Shown piece after piece: positions 58,501-64,000 of a stretch of DNA of 64,000 nucleotides. A program made the translations under genes and the position numbers. The DNA comes from Epithemia pelagica (lineage: Eukaryota > Protista > Bacillariophyta). The stretch's first letter is position 1, and each line of letters starts with the position of its first letter. The DNA lies in contig OX337229.1 in the NCBI GenBank assembly GCA_946965045.2, positions 6,271,244 through 6,335,243 on the forward strand. The letters run 5' to 3'. A model generated the notes under the pieces. The model was given only the letters and a program-made list of their open reading frames with translations. It was not told the origin of the DNA and made no database searches.

Positions 58501-59367
58501 ACAGCAGCACCACACAAGGAGGATGTGGTATCAGTGAATATCGAATTCCATTCCAAAACAAATCATGACATGACATTGCCACAGTTTTGTAATCACTTCT
58601 TTCGATTACATTACAAACGCTTTTTTCATCATATAGACGGGATGAGTGATGATCCAACAAATGAGACTTCAACCACACTGGAATTGTTCGGGAGCACAGA
58701 ACTTAAGTTCGAAGACCCCAGGATAGGAAATATACGGGCTCATCCGAATTATCAAAGCGAGGGGCCATGGAGAGATTGGGTGATGGCTAAAGTTCCAAAG
58801 AAAAAAAGGAAACCTCTTGACGAGGTATACAACCAACCTCTCGGAGAATTTGATACCATCCTATGTCAAACGATATGCTTCATTCAAATACCCATTACTC
58901 GAACACACCACATACAAATACAACCATCACCGGTATGTCAACCTTCAACTTCACCCGAGATGACCCATGTCCTTCTCCGAACGACATATGTACGGAGTGC
59001 AGCTGATATCGAGAAATCATCCGTTCTCTTTCAAAAATGGCGGAAGCGTTTTGACCTACATCGAATAGCTGAAATTGTCATGGTTCCACTCCGGAATATT
59101 GTTGAGGTTGTTGGTGTAGTGGATGAGAACCCAGAAATGATTCAAGACCGTGATTCTATCCCAACATATTTCCATTCTTCACTTGAAAAAGATTTGCTCC
59201 AAGAAGACAGTCGTAATTTGAGAAACTTTAGTGACAATGTCTGGGCCGTGCGCAACATCAAAGAATGGGCTTCCGAATTCAATGAAAGTGCCCGTGACAA
59301 TCTCGAGAAACGCTGTAATGAAATGAAAGAAAGATTGAAACAATCCGTCAGCAATTCGACCTCATGA
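55510..59367 (+). CDS. Plavaka-type (CACTA clan) DDE transposase, 1285 aa, N-terminal C2HC zinc finger
   Basis: CRFCQSRFDARGISRHETVC zinc finger. Catalytic-core-like motifs GLVCYMDKT...G...EPV (D1), VVKGDGKSQ (D2), CDVLHTLKSGI, and PKFHNLIH...NFGPAQLLDVESEESNHK (E) follow the Plavaka pattern sDkT / D..EQ / DiLHq..kG / H...I..fG...T...E..H. Single intact ORF. Confidence 0.8.
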   Translation: MGQRRKVKKKSRKRCSNRSQQEESFISFQVCRFCQSRFDARGISRHETVCELKMNTQRKWPNVGDDNNDCASNMNADPMNIDIMDDETTIPHADPPKAYYVPGDTDNIILRNSKECPVDFPAFLDRDGKQLKLHKHDAALVSLMMLLRKAGCPKYLYNSILAWSSDTYSRCGPGFFLDNHSKRKTFIEKFSTKGFNYLKAKFFPVPMEFTQKQGVVVPESEKSITTAVFDLISQLQRVLQDPDATKKENTILDDDDPYRPYVPNKHIQNIQDGEVFRKTVEKYRDDPDAFVVGLVCYMDKTPATGDGRYTSEPVVMVPSFLTETQMRKARRQIILGTITDMERKSSAAKHILDKGTPCQNYHAQLTKILEGLVSIQKQEGLWMKLRLHGIIKVVRLILPMIVVKGDGKSQDNLAGRYASHHPSVGRLSWCCNIKPRDSKYPWHECSYINAASTYKMCLNALGLNENREKLTEQDVDYQERDNDTFLTLTVPTCFSTSQVSQENSRDGGVNTLVSAAKTQLHDMGQYAVDLCFSKVYLGEGTNSEHGIFSASSCDVLHTLKSGIMRYIMIDFFTLMTKTERAMFDYVYNSIFRASRQTVFSYSSKLGYPGTSFSTGISNLSKVTANEWVGIMFASAALCATARGRLIFAKNMAKKWNKVVAEWKKRQAKQISKTTNKTCQADVDQVQETSEPIADNEDDTPPDEEYKRTRLDDDDSVDIDITAETVFDDDPVAYRSIWDVDEREPYKDFLHLFETLLCFNSWIRMDTFWETDPDSQEGQTTASKSLESVRILMDGIRRYAPRLDKKGKLMSNGWMIPKFHNLIHIIQQIQNFGPAQLLDVESEESNHKEIVKLNAKTVQKRGKGIFESQLAENIWWMQSLEMLQEATGLEEDHVTFLHEGKLPYEIRRKKGSQNQLPTTSTSNSRGTVIVVSMTREKYLIPIPHTNVHTSGGNQDQSSNEIDKDLPSPLGMSIQVPGTTRKEQDGSNRNQTSSVHRRLTAAPHKEDVVSVNIEFHSKTNHDMTLPQFCNHFFRLHYKRFFHHIDGMSDDPTNETSTTLELFGSTELKFEDPRIGNIRAHPNYQSEGPWRDWVMAKVPKKKRKPLDEVYNQPLGEFDTILCQTICFIQIPITRTHHIQIQPSPVCQPSTSPEMTHVLLRTTYVRSAADIEKSSVLFQKWRKRFDLHRIAEIVMVPLRNIVEVVGVVDENPEMIQDRDSIPTYFHSSLEKDLLQEDSRNLRNFSDNVWAVRNIKEWASEFNESARDNLEKRCNEMKERLKQSVSNSTS

Positions 59368-59565
59368 TCATAATTTGCCTCTATGGGGGGTTGTCACATA
59401 CCAGCACTTCCCCTCCTAATCTCCCCCCCCCAACCGTACGCGAGCCGACCAATTCAACTCAGAGTGTCACACACAAATTGGATGAAATAGTAGATACTTT
59501 CCATCGTTTTCCAAAAGTCATCCTCAGTCTTCAGTCAGTTAGGCTATTCTACTCCTCTTCAAACA

Positions 59566-60693
59566 ATGATCAACCCATACAAATTGAGGAAGAAAACAGT
59601 TCCACCCTTGGTGGTCAAACCAAACTTTCCAGCCACAAAGATACCTCCATCTAATGAAGAAATGATGATCAACCCATACGAGCTAGAGGAAATAGGGACC
59701 CCAATGGTCAAAACGCACTCTCCAACCCCGAAAACTTGCGACGGTGAACATGACAAGAAGCCACCGCATGCGTCCAAATCAATAATCAAATGTCATCCAC
59801 TTCCTTCTTCTAAGCTTGACACCAAGGAAGAAGAAGAGAAGAAACTTCCACCAATCAAGCGCCCATCGTATCAGTTGATCCCAAACCCATATAAGAAGAA
59901 GCTCAAGGTTGCTGATCCATCTACTATTCCAATCTTGCTATTACATGACTCTCCTCTGATGTGTAAACCAAGAGCAAACCGAGATAAGCTGCATCTCGAA
60001 GTTATTCGGTTCACTGAGCTTGTCAATAAAATCTATGGATCCAATGATGTTCCCCCAGAGCCAGTCTGTCCTTGGTGTTTTGTAACCGACAACCTTTCAA
60101 CAGATTGTAGACTTACAGGAAAATGTTGGCATCGCTTCGGTAAATCTCTCTCATGTGCCGATTGTTGTTATGGTTGTGGAGTGCCCATGAACGGATGTGA
60201 TTCAGGTGGGAATGAACGTTGTTGCACCGAAGCCCTGTATATCCATGATTCGATAAATATCACACGCGAAGAATCAGACATAAACAAGGTTCCATTGGTG
60301 TGTAAGTCTTGCTTAAGGCCATGCAATTCTTATTCAGAATGCGTCTTCTCGCATGGTTGTTGGAACTCTTGCAACAAGTACTTCGTCTGGCGATTCTGTC
60401 ATATTGCTGGACGGGCGTTGGTGTACGCACAATTGAAGCCCAATTGCAAAGGACCAGGCACGATTCCCAAACATGCACAGGATATTATCAAAAACGCCAC
60501 AGAGTTGATGTACAACGAACTGCGAGATCCGATGGAGTCTTCTCAGTACACATCTCCATTTTGTCATGTTCTTGACCAAGACTCCTGGTCTAAATGGCTT
60601 GTCTCCATGTCTTTTGGTCGATTCTACAATTACATGCCGTTCTTCCGTCATTGTTACACAGCCTTGATGTCTTCATCGAAACCATTGTATTAA
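59566..60693 (+). CDS. Cys-rich hypothetical protein A (375 aa), disordered N-terminus with three NPY motifs
   Basis: CPWC, CADCCYGC, CKSC, CWNSC clusters; NKYFVWRFC and SWSKWLVSMSFGRFYNYMPFF. Confidence 0.7.
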   Translation: MINPYKLRKKTVPPLVVKPNFPATKIPPSNEEMMINPYELEEIGTPMVKTHSPTPKTCDGEHDKKPPHASKSIIKCHPLPSSKLDTKEEEEKKLPPIKRPSYQLIPNPYKKKLKVADPSTIPILLLHDSPLMCKPRANRDKLHLEVIRFTELVNKIYGSNDVPPEPVCPWCFVTDNLSTDCRLTGKCWHRFGKSLSCADCCYGCGVPMNGCDSGGNERCCTEALYIHDSINITREESDINKVPLVCKSCLRPCNSYSECVFSHGCWNSCNKYFVWRFCHIAGRALVYAQLKPNCKGPGTIPKHAQDIIKNATELMYNELRDPMESSQYTSPFCHVLDQDSWSKWLVSMSFGRFYNYMPFFRHCYTALMSSSKPLY

Positions 60694-60754
60694 ACAAAGA
60701 CTCGACTTCTTCGAAAGGCAAACTGGGAACAGATAACAAGATTAAGATTATATG

Positions 60755-61807
60755 TCAATGATCATTACCATCCATATTTCCACGTTCCAACTCCGCCGTC
60801 TCAGCCATTCTTTCGAGACAATTACGGAAGCACCTGACAAAGAGTGGCATGTAGTTGCGAAATCCAGCCGTAGAATGAGGCAACGAAAGCAACCATACTG
60901 CCCATGTTTTATCAGATGCTCGGGCATAATCGTATGGGGCACAGTCGTTATCATCAAAATAGAAACGGGATCGCAATTCCTCAAGCCAAACGCTGCGGAC
61001 AATAGTAAACATTGGCCAGGTGATTTGACGGGGAAAGTTCACACCATCGTAAAATGATGTTATTTGAAAAGTACGCGCCACAATATGGCGTATGAGCATA
61101 CAGAACTGCCACACGAAGTGCTTGTTCTCAGATTCCACACAGACACTGCATGAATCCAAATCTGGTTGTGGAATCCCAAAAGGTATTGAGCGTTCGGGAA
61201 TTCGGAAACATTCCCTACACACCTGACAATGAAATGTTGGATGCCTGTGGCGGTGACATAAGTTACAACGCATCAAAAAATTCTGCTGCCAGATAACCGA
61301 ATAATCGAGATATGCCGCACGTGTTACCACTGTAGTATTTCCATGATTGCACTGGTGATGTGGTGTGGGACGACCAAGGATAACACAGTATGGACAGAGT
61401 TTCTCACCTCTAAGCATTTCGTCCACCAACCGTTTGAATTCAGTCTGGATTTCATGACCGACACGCATCTCTTCTCTGAGTTGTTCTATGACTTGTGGTA
61501 CATCTTCTTCTTCATTATCGTAATCAAAAAAGATCCTCCCAGCGTCCCTGTAACAAGGCCGATCGTTCACTTCCAAGTTCCTGTCGTTGATCGCCCGCAT
61601 TTCTCGTCGTCGTCTACGTTCCCGAACATAAAAATCTTCTTCCTCCGATTCATCTCCCGATTCATCCTCCGGTTGGTCCTCCGGATTGTCAGCCATTCTG
61701 TTTGCAGTCTCCTTCTTTTCGTTTTGATGTGAATGCAAATACCTGTACTTGTTGCTTCTTCTTTGGATTTTTATGAAACCTCTGCTGTCATATGAACGAG
61801 AGTTCAA
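60755..61807 (-). CDS. Cys-rich hypothetical protein B (350 aa), convergent paralog of protein A
   Basis: CPYC, CNLC, CQVCREC, CSVC clusters; NKHFVWQFC and TWAVWLLSLPHSTAGFRNYMPLF match protein A motifs. Confidence 0.7.
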   Translation of the reverse strand: MNSRSYDSRGFIKIQRRSNKYRYLHSHQNEKKETANRMADNPEDQPEDESGDESEEEDFYVRERRRRREMRAINDRNLEVNDRPCYRDAGRIFFDYDNEEEDVPQVIEQLREEMRVGHEIQTEFKRLVDEMLRGEKLCPYCVILGRPTPHHQCNHGNTTVVTRAAYLDYSVIWQQNFLMRCNLCHRHRHPTFHCQVCRECFRIPERSIPFGIPQPDLDSCSVCVESENKHFVWQFCMLIRHIVARTFQITSFYDGVNFPRQITWPMFTIVRSVWLEELRSRFYFDDNDCAPYDYARASDKTWAVWLLSLPHSTAGFRNYMPLFVRCFRNCLERMAETAELERGNMDGNDH

Positions 61808-61949
61808 CTGGAAATAGATCCACGGAAAACCGATCGGTCGCGTTTGTGTACAGAAATCGTCACACTATACTATTCACTGTGAGTATTACCACATACTGTG
61901 AGGATAAGTGTAATCATTCCCAACATGGTCGCGTTTCACTCGCTGGGCT

Positions 61950-62227
61950 GACCTATCGGTGTGGCTTTGCAAAATTCCATGGACATGGAACAATGACATG
62001 CTTCTAGAACTCGAATGGCTCCAAATTTTCGTAGAGACCATTTGGGTATCATTTGCATGGACAGTAAAGGCTCTGAACTTGTCTATCATCAACCAAAAGA
62101 CTTGCAACAGACCCTACCGGTGTGGTGTTGCCGTCGTCCCAAAATTCTATGGACATAGAGCAAAGACATGCTTCTAGAACTCGAATGGCTCCAAATTTTC
62201 TAGAGACCCTTGGGGTATCATAGGCAT
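61950..62227. repeat. Imperfect direct repeat, 170-bp period, with a 36-bp identical core
   Basis: GACATGCTTCTAGAACTCGAATGGCTCCAAATTTTC at 61995-62030 and 62165-62200, with similar flanks. Confidence 0.9.
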
Positions 62228-62288
62228 TGATTGATGGTAGGTAGTGGTTTTGCTGATAGGTGGACATGGTCTTGTATATTAGAAATCT

Positions 62289-63302
62289 CTATTCGTCACT
62301 AGATTTCTGGCCCGACGCCAAGCCTCCAATTTCATGAGAATTGTCATCCTCGTTTTGTGTTACGGTAGCACTCAAAGATCTTGCATTTGTGCTAAAAAAC
62401 CAACCAATCGTATGATTTCCCACATTCTTGTCTTTCGGTGGTATGGAGTGTGTATGGACAGATGTTCCATGTCTGATGATTCTCCCGTCCCATGCGATCG
62501 CAATGCCATGGAATAACCGGATACAAAGCCCATGATAAGTCTTGTCCTTATGCTTTATAAGGACATTGGGAAGGACGAAATACCAATCGTTGGTGCTGCC
62601 CGGGTTGGTTTCTGTCCAGATTGTAAACGACACAGATGCATCATGAATATCATAGTGGCTTGCATTCATCAAATCGCAACTCAAAATGATGGATGATGAC
62701 ACACCCCTTTCGTTTCCTCCCAATTCGTTTGGGACATCCAAACCGAAGTTTGTTTCCAGGTGTCTGAAAGCCGATAACACACCAGGGAATTTCCTCTCAC
62801 AGAATCGCCGAACACCTCCACAGATTTTTGGCAATATATTCATCATGTTTGGAGATATTTTGAAAAGTTTGTCAGAAAAGAATGTACTTCTGCCACCCGT
62901 TTTTGTGCACACACCAACAGATGTCATGGTCCCCATATCACCATGGTTACACCTTGCATTGGCTGATCTCTCTAGTGTACCGCTCTGCGCGAAGTGACAT
63001 GACCTCTTGTGTAACAATGAAAGTAGGTTTTTGTCATTTTGCTGAAGTGTTGTCACTTTGACATGGCTGATGGTTTCGTTTTTACCCGCGTACCCACGTG
63101 TCCGAACAATGAATGTTGTATCTTCTCCGGTTTCCCTTACATCAAACAGGAGCGGACGGACCGAAGTATCAGGCGGAGGGGACAGGTTTCTATACAATGC
63201 TCCATGGACGTACTTTCGGCATCCAGTCTTGTTAGCACTGGCTTTATTCAGCAGTGTTTCACGATACCACACTCTAAGAGAATGTTGGTCATTTGGTGTC
63301 AT
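62289..63302 (-). CDS. TET/JBP-family Fe(II) dioxygenase, 337 aa from the first ATG, probably 5'-truncated by the telomere
   Basis: NASHYDIHD (H216-x-D218, D221), hydrophobic strand WYFVLPN, IAWDGRIIRHGT (distal H278) and upstream R...DMGTMTSVG give the double-stranded beta-helix and iron triad typical of TET/JBP enzymes. Confidence 0.8.
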   Translation of the reverse strand: MTPNDQHSLRVWYRETLLNKASANKTGCRKYVHGALYRNLSPPPDTSVRPLLFDVRETGEDTTFIVRTRGYAGKNETISHVKVTTLQQNDKNLLSLLHKRSCHFAQSGTLERSANARCNHGDMGTMTSVGVCTKTGGRSTFFSDKLFKISPNMMNILPKICGGVRRFCERKFPGVLSAFRHLETNFGLDVPNELGGNERGVSSSIILSCDLMNASHYDIHDASVSFTIWTETNPGSTNDWYFVLPNVLIKHKDKTYHGLCIRLFHGIAIAWDGRIIRHGTSVHTHSIPPKDKNVGNHTIGWFFSTNARSLSATVTQNEDDNSHEIGGLASGQKSSDE

Positions 63303-63405
63303 TTTTGGTCTCGACTTTTCACTTGTATAATGATCAGGGGCCCAAAGTGGAGAACCACTTTCGACATCAGACGCTTGGTAGCATTCATGGACAACTCTCT
63401 TTGCA

Positions 63406-64000
63406 TTAGGGTTAGGGTTAGGGTTAGGGTTAGGGTTAGGGTTAGGGTTAGGGTTAGGGTTAGGGTTAGGGTTAGGGTTAGGGTTAGGGTTAGGGTTAGG
63501 GTTAGGGTTAGGGTTAGGGTTAGGGTTAGGGTTAGGGTTAGGGTTAGGGTTAGGGTTAGGGTTAGGGTTAGGGTTAGGGTTAGGGTTAGGGTTAGGGTTA
63601 GGGTTAGGGTTAGGGTTAGGGTTAGGGTTAGGGTTAGGGTTAGGGTTAGGGTTAGGGTTAGGGTTAGGGTTAGGGTTAGGGTTAGGGTTAGGGTTAGGGT
63701 TAGGGTTAGGGTTAGGGTTAGGGTTAGGGTTAGGGTTAGGGTTAGGGTTAGGGTTAGGGTTAGGGTTAGGGTTAGGGTTAGGGTTAGGGTTAGGGTTAGG
63801 GTTAGGGTTAGGGTTAGGGTTAGGGTTAGGGTTAGGGTTAGGGTTAGGGTTAGGGTTAGGGTTAGGGTTAGGGTTAGGGTTAGGGTTAGGGTTAGGGTTA
63901 GGGTTAGGGTTAGGGTTAGGGTTAGGGTTAGGGTTAGGGTTAGGGTTAGGGTTAGGGTTAGGGTTAGGGTTAGGGTTAGGGTTAGGGTTAGGGTTAGGGT
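63406..64000 (+). repeat. Telomere, (TTAGGG)n, ~99 perfect copies, G-rich strand running toward the chromosome end
   Basis: Uninterrupted TTAGGG to the end of the window; abrupt junction ...CTCTTTGCA|TTAGGG. Confidence 0.99.

Larger units (their letters stand above)
52462..63405. mobile_element. Multi-gene Plavaka/CACTA-like element with TET/JBP cargo, right end replaced by the telomere (boundaries approximate)
   Basis: Begins where the Harbinger ORF breaks off, has clustered subterminal-type repeats (52551-52870), and contains a transposase plus four further genes in an AT-richer block ending abruptly at TTAGGG repeats. Confidence 0.6.

Noticed and set aside
61995-62200. Two identical 36-bp repeats of CRISPR-like length
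   Set aside because: Only two copies, a 134-bp spacer, homologous flanks, no cas genes and a eukaryotic context.

Overview
Eukaryotic chromosome end. The window finishes in ~99 perfect TTAGGG telomere repeats (63406-64000). Gene content, compact intergenic spacers and 80-90 nt GT-AG introns suggest a stramenopile, most likely a diatom (inference). From left to right: (i) 1-5.6 kb, part of a CACTA/Plavaka-like DNA-transposon block with a nonsense-interrupted transposase, a class-III PLP aminotransferase-like ORF and an unknown ORF; (ii) 6.3-15.2 kb, host genes: a secreted reprolysin-like metalloprotease with a Pro/Thr stalk, TYW1 fused in-frame behind a HAT-repeat fragment, and a bacterial-type class I aldolase; (iii) 17.0-42.6 kb, one stop-free 25.5-kb ORF (8510 codons) for a predicted single-pass membrane protein with a mucin-like ectodomain, a 67-aa repeat and ~33.5 copies of an 82-aa repeat flanked by two copies of an unknown globular domain; (iv) 43-52.5 kb, a duplicated GT23/fucosyltransferase-like gene (intact copy plus pseudogene), a relic of the giant gene, a Kelch gene and a truncated Harbinger transposase; (v) 52.5-63.4 kb, a multi-gene Plavaka-type element with a 1285-aa transposase, a spliced accessory gene, two convergent Cys-rich paralogs and a TET/JBP-family dioxygenase whose reading frame runs without a stop into the telomere. 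The best candidate for an undescribed system is the transposon-borne TET/JBP (which appears to lack the usual 2-oxoglutarate-binding Arg), together with the second element carrying a PLP-enzyme cargo. All family assignments come from motif recognition by eye; no database search was run.
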